NCBI GenBank assembly: GCA_002364535.1
Contig: DEYL01000054.1
Coordinates: 7,309 to 71,308, forward strand
Origin: Flavobacteriaceae bacterium UBA3159
Lineage (GTDB): Bacteria; Bacteroidota; Bacteroidia; Flavobacteriales; Flavobacteriaceae
Direction: 5' to 3'
DNA: 64,000 nucleotides
A program made the translations under genes and the position numbers. Below are positions 37,128-45,218 of this stretch, piece after piece. The first letter of the stretch is position 1. Each line of letters opens with the position of its first letter. The notes below the pieces were generated by a model. The model did not search any database. It saw only the letters and a program-made list of their open reading frames with translations, and was not told where the DNA came from.

Positions 37128-38579
37128 TCAATTTTCTAAATAAATAAAAGCAGATGTTTTTTTTGGATCACTATCCTCCCATCCATAAAATAAAATGTAA
37201 TCTTTTAATTGTTCTCCAGAGAAATCATTAATAAATTGGATATTATTAAATTTCCATTTACTTTTTTTATTTATAGGTGTTATTTTTTTTGAAAATTCCC
37301 AATTAATGCCATCTATTGAAACCCACTCTTCTATGTCTCCACCGCCATGCTTATCCATGTAGTGTCCATTCATTTGATTAATTTTTGTCCAATTTTTAAG
37401 ATTGTTTTTTTTAAGGAAATTAATTGCATCATCATATTTAGTCCTTGTTACTTTGTCACCAACTATTAAATATGAAAAATATTTGTTGTCTTTATATAAA
37501 ATTCCCCCATTATTCCATTGGTGATTAGAAGTTCTAATAGGAGATTTTACCCATTCTCCATTTAGAAATTGAACAAAATAATAATTAAAATCATCAATTG
37601 ATTTCTCGGTAATTAAATGAAGAAATGCTGGGTTACCATTTTTATCTATTATTATTTCAGGTGGAATTCCAGCCCCTCTACCCTGAGTATTCCAAACAAT
37701 ACAATCCTTATTAGCCGAGTCAAGGTCGATTGGAAGAATAAGTTGTTTTCCCCTAAAATTATATGCTTTTTGGGTTTTTAAATCAACTCTTAAATAATAC
37801 AAATTGTATTTAAAGTCGTTAGTTACAATTGAATTATATCTTTCATTAAAGTATCTGCCAGGATTATTTTCCTTATTATCATCATATGATATAAATGCAA
37901 TGTGAATAAACTTTCTATCATGGCTTAATCTAATAGAGTGATAAGATGACCATTCAAACATTCCTCCTATATCTAGATTAGTAGTAGTATTTTCAACATA
38001 GGCCCAGCTTTGAGTTTCTTCTTGTTTTATGGCATATTTCCAATGCCCTGTATGACCTCCTTCCCTGAAATAAACAAGGTCACCATAAGCTGATTTTGAA
38101 TATGATGGGTAAGATACTTTTGTGTCTAAAAAGGATTTCTTCACCCAATCATCTTTAGACCTTCCAATTGAACTTTCATTCTTTGAAATCAAATGATAAC
38201 CTGAAGAGTTATGAGTTCCATACACAACATTAATTTTCATTTTATTGTCTAGCCAAATTATAGGGCAATGATGATGGTCAGATGATGAATTATTATCTAA
38301 ACTAAAGGTGGTCCCTAATTTTTTAGTTTTTACATTAAATGAAGTAATCATTGGTATTGTTTTAGGCTTTTCATCCAAGTTAACTCTATTACCATTGTAA
38401 ACCAGATAAAGGGTATCGCCTAATTTTAGTACTTGAGGCCTTTGTCTCCTATCATATAACATTTTTAAATTCCCCCCTTGACCGAAAGAATATATCGAAT
38501 TTAAGCTCTCAACATTTTCTTGGGACCATAAATGAGATGTTATTATTAAAAAGAATATTGTTATAAATTTTAAAGCCAT
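37128..38579 (-). CDS. Secreted protein of unknown function, possibly a BNR_4-type beta-propeller
   Basis: Has a signal peptide. The His-rich block SSDHHHCPIIWLDNKMKINVVYGTHNS and repeated short beta-strand-like segments recall, from memory, the BNR_4 (PF15892) family. The gene is visibly more AT-rich than both neighbours. Confidence 0.4.
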   Translation of the reverse strand: MALKFITIFFLIITSHLWSQENVESLNSIYSFGQGGNLKMLYDRRQRPQVLKLGDTLYLVYNGNRVNLDEKPKTIPMITSFNVKTKKLGTTFSLDNNSSSDHHHCPIIWLDNKMKINVVYGTHNSSGYHLISKNESSIGRSKDDWVKKSFLDTKVSYPSYSKSAYGDLVYFREGGHTGHWKYAIKQEETQSWAYVENTTTNLDIGGMFEWSSYHSIRLSHDRKFIHIAFISYDDNKENNPGRYFNERYNSIVTNDFKYNLYYLRVDLKTQKAYNFRGKQLILPIDLDSANKDCIVWNTQGRGAGIPPEIIIDKNGNPAFLHLITEKSIDDFNYYFVQFLNGEWVKSPIRTSNHQWNNGGILYKDNKYFSYLIVGDKVTRTKYDDAINFLKKNNLKNWTKINQMNGHYMDKHGGGDIEEWVSIDGINWEFSKKITPINKKSKWKFNNIQFINDFSGEQLKDYILFYGWEDSDPKKTSAFIYLEN

Positions 38580-38604
38580 CTAAATAAGTAAATTTAATTA
38601 AAAA

Positions 38605-40149
38605 TTACCAGCTTTTGGAGATTACATTTTGCATCTCAGGGCTATCTGTTTGAGAATCACCAAAATCCTCTCTCAATTGAATTAATTCGTTTTTCAATTC
38701 CTTAATAGTAGATTGATAATTTGGATTATCGTATTGGTTTTCAAGTTCCAAAGGGTCATTGACCAGATCATAAAATTCCCAACTAGGTGGAGTAGCTTTA
38801 TCGGTATATGTTCCCTTAAGTCCCAATGAGAGACCATAGTAAAAAATCAATTTGTTGCGATCTGTCCGAATACCCAGGTGAGCAGGTCGATTGATTGAAT
38901 GAGCGTAATATCTATAATACATCTTGTCCCTCCAATGACCGGGAGTTTCCATTATGAGATTTTTACGAAAGCTTTCTCCCTGGAATTGATCAGGTTGTGG
39001 GATACCCGCATAGTCTAATAGTAGTGAGGGAAAGTCGATATTTAATACAATGTCGTCTATCCTTTTGCCAGCTGGAATTTCCTCTGGATAACGAATCACA
39101 AAGGGCATACGGGCAGATTCTTCCAAAAACATTCGCTTGTCAAACATACCGTGTTCACCCAAGAAATAACCTTGATCGGAGGTGTAAATGATCAGGGTAT
39201 TGTCGACCAAGCCATTATCATCCAAATAGGTCAACATTCTTCCGATATTGTCATCTATAGCTGCAGCCGATTTCAAGAAGTCTTTGACAAATTTTTGATA
39301 GGTTTTTTTTCTAGACTGAACAGCATCCAAACCTTCTGTGTCGAATGGGAGACCAGGATAGCGATCATTGTCTTTGATAGAGGCCTGTCGCCACCGCTCT
39401 GCCAAAATCTCAAGGATTTGCCCGTCAAAGCTACGTCCCGACTGTTGGGGATCAAAATCCAGTAATGAGACAGGTTCGGGAATAGTATCGTTTTCAAATA
39501 AATTTCTGAATCGCGCTGGATAATCAAAGGGTTCGTGGGTGGCTTTAAAATGAGTCATCAGCATAAAAGGCTTTTCTTTATCCCTTTGATCCAACCACTT
39601 TAGCGATTCATCCATAATGACATCGGCGGAGAATCCCTTGTACTCCTTACCTCCTTTGTTTCCGTATTCCCAATTGTCATTGTTTTTTAGAATAGGGTTG
39701 TGGTACCTCCCCTGTCCCGGCAGTATATTGAAATGGTCAAAACCGGAGGGTTTGTCCTTCAGGTGCCACTTACCAATAAGTGCAGTCTGATAACCTGATT
39801 TTTGAATCAGTTGGGCTACATTTTGTCGATTGGAATCTAAGGCATCGGTAAGGGTAAAGACTTGATTGTTATGACTGTATTGACCGGTGAGTATGGAGGC
39901 ACGGCTGGGAACACAAATAGAGTTGGTGCAAAAGGCATTGTCCAAAACCACCCCATCTGCAGCCAACCTTTTGATGTTTTGATTGACCGCATATTGCTCT
40001 AAGACACCGCCGTATATACCCCACGCCTGACTTGTATGATCATCGGACATTATAAAAATAATATTGGGAGGTCGGTGCAGTTTTTTACCCGGTGAAGTAC
40101 TACAACTAAGCGCCAAAAAACAAATAAAACACAGATATATAGATTTCAT
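38605..40149 (-). CDS. S1 sulfatase (Cys-type), lipoprotein
   Basis: Lipobox ALSC. Motifs seen: IFIMSDDH, CTNSICVPSRASILTG, GKWHL, YTSDQGY. The C-terminal tail is WEFYDLVNDPLELEN. Confidence 0.9.
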   Translation of the reverse strand: MKSIYLCFICFLALSCSTSPGKKLHRPPNIIFIMSDDHTSQAWGIYGGVLEQYAVNQNIKRLAADGVVLDNAFCTNSICVPSRASILTGQYSHNNQVFTLTDALDSNRQNVAQLIQKSGYQTALIGKWHLKDKPSGFDHFNILPGQGRYHNPILKNNDNWEYGNKGGKEYKGFSADVIMDESLKWLDQRDKEKPFMLMTHFKATHEPFDYPARFRNLFENDTIPEPVSLLDFDPQQSGRSFDGQILEILAERWRQASIKDNDRYPGLPFDTEGLDAVQSRKKTYQKFVKDFLKSAAAIDDNIGRMLTYLDDNGLVDNTLIIYTSDQGYFLGEHGMFDKRMFLEESARMPFVIRYPEEIPAGKRIDDIVLNIDFPSLLLDYAGIPQPDQFQGESFRKNLIMETPGHWRDKMYYRYYAHSINRPAHLGIRTDRNKLIFYYGLSLGLKGTYTDKATPPSWEFYDLVNDPLELENQYDNPNYQSTIKELKNELIQLREDFGDSQTDSPEMQNVISKSW

Positions 40150-40191
40150 ATTTTAGTTTTTTTGAATAGGATATCGAATTTATTTTTTTGT

Positions 40192-40199
40192 TACATTTG
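40192..40199 (+). promoter_or_regulatory. Candidate -7 promoter box (TAnnTTTG) for the DUF1080-led operon
   Basis: TACATTTG lies 35 nt upstream of the preferred ATG at 40234. A TTTG at 40161-40164 is the only upstream -33-like element and sits at non-canonical spacing. Confidence 0.35.
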
Positions 40200-40214
40200 C
40201 GTGCACGCACACAA
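40198..40214. promoter_or_regulatory. 12-bp perfect palindrome TGCGTGCACGCA overlapping the shared motif GTGCACGCACACAA; candidate operator in an 84-bp divergent region
   Basis: Read directly. TGCGTGCACGCA (40198-40209) equals its own reverse complement. GTGCACGCACACAA (40201-40214) recurs with one mismatch at 45175-45188. Confidence 0.45.
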
Positions 40215-40233
40215 TCAACTAACAAATAATATT

Positions 40234-41628
40234 ATGAAAATCAAATTTAACTTTTTTAGTCAACTGCCCATGCTAACCATGGCGTTATTTTTATGTTCAA
40301 ATATGATCGCCCAATCAGATTGGAAATCACTTTTTAACGGTAAGGATATGTCGGGTTGGGAGGTGAAAAATGGAACTGCTAAATATCACATTACCAATGA
40401 AGCCATCGTAGGTACTTCACGAACCGGAACCCCAAATACTTTTTTGTGTACAAAAAAGATGTACGGTGATTTTATCTTGGAGTTGGAGGTGTTAGTTACT
40501 CCTGGGCTGAATTCCGGTATTCAGTTTCGCTCAAACTCATCAAAAGAATATAAGAATGGTCGTGTTCACGGTTATCAATCTGAGCTGGATACAAGTAGAA
40601 GAGCGTGGTCTGCTGGAATTTATGATGAAGGACGAAGAGGTTGGTTGTATCCACTTACAATAAACACAAAGGGTGGTGCTGCCTTCAACAATGGCGGCTG
40701 GAACAAGGTGAGAATTGAGGCCATTGGAAATTCAATCAAAACTTTTATGAATGGAGTTCAATGTGCCAATCTTGTGGACGATATGACCGACAAAGGCTTT
40801 ATTGCCTTGCAGGTGCATTCCATCAGAGAAAAAGGTCAAGAGGGAAAAACCATCCAGTGGAAAAACATCAAAATTGTAACTGAAAACCTAGATCGGTACA
40901 GAACAAAAAATCAACCCCAAGCTAGACAAATTAGTTATTTGACCAATACACTCACCCAAGAAGAGAAGCGAAAAGGTTGGAGATTGCTTTGGGATGGAAA
41001 AACTAAAAATGGTTGGAAAGGATCTAAATCTGATTACTTTCCAAAACACGGGATCGAAATAGTTAATGGAACCATTCACTTTCTGAAACACGATAAAACA
41101 AAAGATTTCAAAAGATCTGGATCTATTGTTACCAAAGAAAGATTTGATAACTTTGAGTTAGAGGTTGATTTTATGGTTAAAAAAGGAGGTAATAGTGGTA
41201 TCAAATATTTTGTTGATGCATTAACTTATGGGGATGGTAGGAACATTGGATTTGAATTTCAAATTCTAGATGATGATCACCCAGATCATAATGGTGGTGT
41301 TGGTGGAAACAGAACTATCGGTTCACTCTATGACCTAATAGCCGCTGAAAACCTATCTGAATCAAATCGAGATGATATTAGAGCTAATAGTAATGGTAAG
41401 TGGAACAGAGCAAGAGTTGTTGTAAATGGTGGAAAAGTTCAACACTGGATAAACAACATCAAAGTTGTAGAATATGACCGTTTTTCTCAATCGATGAAAA
41501 ATCTGATTAAAAAAAGCAAATACGTAAACCACCAAGGCTTTGGAATGGGAAGCAGTGGTAGGATATTGCTTCAAGATCACAGTCCCGGAGACGTTAAGTT
41601 TAAAAACATAAAAATTCGTGAGTTCTAG
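40234..41628 (+). CDS. Tandem DUF1080 (3-keto-disaccharide hydrolase family, concanavalin-like fold) protein, secreted
   Basis: Two repeats share the same architecture. Repeat 1: DWKSLFNGKDMSGWEV...FILELEVLV...NSGIQFRS...FIALQVHS...IQWKNIKI. Repeat 2: GWRLLWDGKTKNGWKG...FELEVDFMV...NSGIKYFV...ILLQDH...VKFKNIKI. I prefer the start at 40234 (MKIKFNFFSQLPMLTMALFLCSNMIAQ) over 40162. Confidence 0.8.
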   Translation: MKIKFNFFSQLPMLTMALFLCSNMIAQSDWKSLFNGKDMSGWEVKNGTAKYHITNEAIVGTSRTGTPNTFLCTKKMYGDFILELEVLVTPGLNSGIQFRSNSSKEYKNGRVHGYQSELDTSRRAWSAGIYDEGRRGWLYPLTINTKGGAAFNNGGWNKVRIEAIGNSIKTFMNGVQCANLVDDMTDKGFIALQVHSIREKGQEGKTIQWKNIKIVTENLDRYRTKNQPQARQISYLTNTLTQEEKRKGWRLLWDGKTKNGWKGSKSDYFPKHGIEIVNGTIHFLKHDKTKDFKRSGSIVTKERFDNFELEVDFMVKKGGNSGIKYFVDALTYGDGRNIGFEFQILDDDHPDHNGGVGGNRTIGSLYDLIAAENLSESNRDDIRANSNGKWNRARVVVNGGKVQHWINNIKVVEYDRFSQSMKNLIKKSKYVNHQGFGMGSSGRILLQDHSPGDVKFKNIKIREF

Positions 41629-43174
41629 GATTTTAATTTCTTTAATTCTTCTAAGCAGTTTATCAAATTGTAATGAAACACCGCTTCCGAAAAGTCCTAC
41701 CAATGTCATTCTGATTCTTGTTGATGACATGGGCTTTTCGGACTTGGGTGCCTATGGCAGTGAGGTAGCAACCCCTAATATCGATCGTCTGGCTTTGGAT
41801 GGTGTAAGGTTTACCAATGCCTATAATACATCTAAATGCTTTCCCTCCAGGGCTGCCCTGCTCACGGGATTGTATTCCCAGCAAATGGGGTACCACGAAA
41901 GTTTTAGGCAGCCTATGCGTAATGCGATTACACTGGGAGAGTTGTTTCAATCGTCGGGTTACACTACCCTTTGGTCGGGTAAACACCATAGCACAGAAAA
42001 CCCTGTGGACAGAGGTTTTGATCATTACAGTGGACTGTTAGATGGCGCAGCCAATCATTTTAACCCGGGAATTAAAAGAGAGGGTGAGGGACAACCGGCC
42101 CAAAAAGGACTTAAAAATACACCCGTTACCTACCGAAATTGGGTAATCGAAGGCGAAGTTTACAATCCATATACACCCAAATCCAAAGAATTCTATACCA
42201 CCGATATTTTTACAAATTATGCTCTTGATTGGATGGATCAAATCAAACACGAAAAACCTTTTTTCCTTTACCTGTCCTACACCGCTCCTCATGACCCCCT
42301 CATGGCTTGGCCAAAAGACATTGAAAAGTATAATGACCGTTATAAAGAGGGATATGAAGCAATAAGAAAAAAACGATTCAAAAAACAAAAACTATTGGGC
42401 GTGCTTCCCAAAAATGCAGTATTATCAAAATCTGAACACTCCGATTGGGACAGCCTGACCGCAGCAGAAAAAGCCGAGGAAAGCAGAACCATGGCCGTAT
42501 ATGCTGCCATGATTGATCGTTTGGATCAGAACATTGGCAGAATACTGAAAAAGCTAAAACAGCAGGGAAAGCTTAACAACACGCTTATTATTTTTACCTC
42601 TGATAATGGAGGATCGAGCGAGGTAGTCAATATCCCGGAAGGAACCGGAGAAATTGGCACCTCTACCAACTGGAAGTCCTTGGGAAAAAACTGGGCTAAT
42701 GTGAGTAATACACCTTACAGAGAATATAAAAACTGGAGTCATGAAGGGGGTATAAAAACCCCATTGATCGCCTATTGGCCAGAAAAAATAAAAAATAAAG
42801 GCTTTATATCCCACAAACCTGTACATTTTATTGATTTCCTTCCTACCCTACAGGAACTGATAGGGGCAAGCTATCCTCAGCATTTAAATGGTTATACAAT
42901 TTTTCCCAGCCCGGGAAAAAGTTTTTTGCCTCAATTATTGGGGGACTCATCCTTTAAAAGAGATGCCCCAATATTTTGGCAATGGAGACATGGAAAAGCA
43001 GTAAGGGATGGGAGTTGGAAATTAGTAGCACATAAGGAAGTCTGGGAGTTGTTCAATTTGGAAACTGACCCCGTTGAGGAAATCAACCTTATTGACAAGG
43101 ATAAAGAAAAAGCAGCACAACTAAAATCGCTCTATAAAGATTGGGCCGCCCAGTTTAAAATTACCAAAAGATGA
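41618..43174 (+). CDS. S1 sulfatase (Cys-type), lipoprotein; GTG start
   Basis: GTG at 41618 overlaps the upstream stop by 11 nt, and no in-frame ATG precedes the catalytic domain. Lipobox LSNC. Motifs seen: ILILVDDMGFSD, NTSKCFPSRAALLTG, FTSDNGG. Confidence 0.85.
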   Translation: MSSRILISLILLSSLSNCNETPLPKSPTNVILILVDDMGFSDLGAYGSEVATPNIDRLALDGVRFTNAYNTSKCFPSRAALLTGLYSQQMGYHESFRQPMRNAITLGELFQSSGYTTLWSGKHHSTENPVDRGFDHYSGLLDGAANHFNPGIKREGEGQPAQKGLKNTPVTYRNWVIEGEVYNPYTPKSKEFYTTDIFTNYALDWMDQIKHEKPFFLYLSYTAPHDPLMAWPKDIEKYNDRYKEGYEAIRKKRFKKQKLLGVLPKNAVLSKSEHSDWDSLTAAEKAEESRTMAVYAAMIDRLDQNIGRILKKLKQQGKLNNTLIIFTSDNGGSSEVVNIPEGTGEIGTSTNWKSLGKNWANVSNTPYREYKNWSHEGGIKTPLIAYWPEKIKNKGFISHKPVHFIDFLPTLQELIGASYPQHLNGYTIFPSPGKSFLPQLLGDSSFKRDAPIFWQWRHGKAVRDGSWKLVAHKEVWELFNLETDPVEEINLIDKDKEKAAQLKSLYKDWAAQFKITKR

Positions 43175-45090
43175 TTTTGATTTTTGATATGATGCGCCAA
43201 CCTAGCCTAATGTTTTTTCTTTTTTTTAACTGCTCACTCTTTTTGGGCTGTTCCAACCCCACGGAAGGAGAAAAAAAACCCCCAAATATTTTGTGGATTA
43301 CCGTGGAAGACATCAGCCCCGATCTGGGTTGCTATGGAGACCCATTGGCCCATACACCAACTTTGGATGCCCTGGCCTCAAAAGGATTTCGTTACAATCA
43401 TGCCATTGCCAATGCACCCGTTTGTGCACCTGCACGAAACGCCATAATCACAGGAATGTATCCCTCATCTCTGGGTACACTTCACATGCGTTCTTTTTCC
43501 AATACCATGAAAAGCTCGGGAAGAATTCCAACAGAAATCAAACTCTACCCAGAGGTGTTGAGAAGTGCTGGATATTACTGCACCAACAACAACAAAGAGG
43601 ACTATAATTTTAATTTGAAAAGAGAAATCTGGGATGAATCCAGCAAAACTGCTCATTGGAAAAAAAGACCCAATAAAAACACCCCTTTCTTTTCAATTTT
43701 CAATTTGACCATGACGCATGAAAGCTGCATCAACAATCAAGAAAAACACGAACGACTAACCCAAGACCTTCCTGAGCACTTGAGAACAGTTCCCGAAAAA
43801 ATAGCAGTTCCCCCCTACTATCCAGACACGCCCGAAGTAAGAAGATTACTGACACGTCATTATGACAATATTGCCACAATGGATGCTGTAGTGGAAAAAC
43901 TACTCCAAGAACTCGAAGAGTCCGGGGAAAGTAAAAACACCATAGTCTTTTTTTATTCCGACCACGGTACAGGTCTACCTAGACACAAAAGATGGCTGTT
44001 TGACACAGGGGTAAAAGTACCTTTTATCGTTTATATTCCGGAACAATACAAAGAGTTGTATCCCGCTGAACCGGGAAGCGAAGTAGATCAATTAATCAGT
44101 TTTATCGACTTGGCCCCAACCGCCATTGAGCTGGCAGGTGCTCAAATTCCAAAGAGCATGCAAGGGCAAGCTTTTTTGGGAAAAAATCTAAAACTGGAAA
44201 GAGATTATGTATTCTTGGCCAGAGGCAGAATGGATGAACGCTATGACATCCAAAGAGGGGTCAGAAGTAAAAGATTTAAATACCTCCGTTACTACGAACC
44301 CAAAAAATCATTTATACAATACATGAATACCCCCGAAGGAGGCCCTTTGATGACAGAACTAAGAAAGGCTGAAAAAGAAGGGGCGCTAAAGCCAGAAGGA
44401 CAGCAACTCGTTGCGTCCACAAAACCCGCTGAATCCTTGTTTGATTTGAGTAAAGATCCAATGGAATTTAATGACTTAGCCAATGATCCAAGAATGAAAG
44501 AAGAGTTGGCAAGGCTTAGAGCCGTTCACGATCAATGGATGAAACAAGTACTGGACGTTGGACTAATTCCAGAGGCCATAATGAGAAACTGGGAAGAAAA
44601 GAACGATCAATCCATTTACAAATGGATTAGGACACAAGAAGATTTTTATGATGAATTGTTGTTGATATCCTCAACAGCAAATGAAAATATATTGTTTAAA
44701 GGGTTAAATCACCCCAATGAAGCCATTCGATATTGGGCAGGGCAAGGGCTTTACAATCTGGATAAAAAGATTAAAAAGGCCACTATCGACCGTTTAAACC
44801 AAAAACTCAATGATTCCGTTATCAATGTAAGTATTAGTGCTGCTCGGGCATTACTCAAGCATAAATCCCCCTCCAAAGAATTGATGAAAGTATTATCCAG
44901 CGGATTAAAAGCAGAAAACGAGTGGACGCGATTACAAACAGCTTTGGTGTTGGATGATTTTCAGAATGCGCTTAAAGTTTTGGAAAAACAATCACAAAAT
45001 CTTATTGATTCCGACACAAACAAATATGTTGTTAGGGTTCTAAATCATGGGCTAAACGAGCTTAACGGAACTTCGAGTAAGGTCAGGTAA
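43171..45090 (+). CDS. S1 sulfatase (Cys-type) with a C-terminal HEAT/ARM-like repeat extension
   Basis: ATGA overlap with the upstream stop. Lipobox FLGC. Motifs seen: LWITVEDISPDLG, IANAPVCAPARNAIITG, FYSDHGT. The last ~150 aa carry HEAT-like units (HPNEAIRYWAGQGL, DSVINVSISAARALLKH, AENEWTRLQTALVLDD). Confidence 0.85.
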   Translation: MILIFDMMRQPSLMFFLFFNCSLFLGCSNPTEGEKKPPNILWITVEDISPDLGCYGDPLAHTPTLDALASKGFRYNHAIANAPVCAPARNAIITGMYPSSLGTLHMRSFSNTMKSSGRIPTEIKLYPEVLRSAGYYCTNNNKEDYNFNLKREIWDESSKTAHWKKRPNKNTPFFSIFNLTMTHESCINNQEKHERLTQDLPEHLRTVPEKIAVPPYYPDTPEVRRLLTRHYDNIATMDAVVEKLLQELEESGESKNTIVFFYSDHGTGLPRHKRWLFDTGVKVPFIVYIPEQYKELYPAEPGSEVDQLISFIDLAPTAIELAGAQIPKSMQGQAFLGKNLKLERDYVFLARGRMDERYDIQRGVRSKRFKYLRYYEPKKSFIQYMNTPEGGPLMTELRKAEKEGALKPEGQQLVASTKPAESLFDLSKDPMEFNDLANDPRMKEELARLRAVHDQWMKQVLDVGLIPEAIMRNWEEKNDQSIYKWIRTQEDFYDELLLISSTANENILFKGLNHPNEAIRYWAGQGLYNLDKKIKKATIDRLNQKLNDSVINVSISAARALLKHKSPSKELMKVLSSGLKAENEWTRLQTALVLDDFQNALKVLEKQSQNLIDSDTNKYVVRVLNHGLNELNGTSSKVR

Positions 45091-45155
45091 TCTTATTTAT
45101 TGAAATATTAGGGTATTTAATAACTTAATTAGGTAGCAATATTCAAAAAAAATTA

Positions 45156-45163
45156 TATTTTTG
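45156..45163 (+). promoter_or_regulatory. Candidate -7 promoter box (TAnnTTTG) inside the 128-bp gap ahead of the Tat oxidoreductase
   Basis: TATTTTTG lies 56 nt upstream of the ATG at 45219. Confidence 0.35.
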
Positions 45164-45174
45164 GTATGATACAT

Positions 45175-45188
45175 GTGTACGCACACAA
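45175..45188 (+). promoter_or_regulatory. Second copy of the GTGyACGCACACAA motif
   Basis: GTGTACGCACACAA matches 40201-40214 at 13 of 14 positions. Both copies are preceded by ACAT and followed by TCAACTAA within 20 nt. Confidence 0.45.
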
Positions 45189-45218
45189 AAAGTATATTCA
45201 ACTAAAATTAATACAATA

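Noticed and set aside
40162-40233. The upstream in-frame extension (MNRISNLFFCYICVHAHNQLTNNI) given as the start of the DUF1080 ORF.
   Set aside because: It would bury the signal peptide, which begins at the Met at 40234. It would also run through the promoter-like box and the palindrome. The ATG at 40234 gives a canonical MKIKF...AQ signal.
41362-42826. Four minus-strand ORFs (41362-41730, 41663-42025, 42038-42388, 42554-42826) of 90-122 aa.
   Set aside because: All are antisense to the well-supported DUF1080 and sulfatase genes. They have no motifs and no independent start context.
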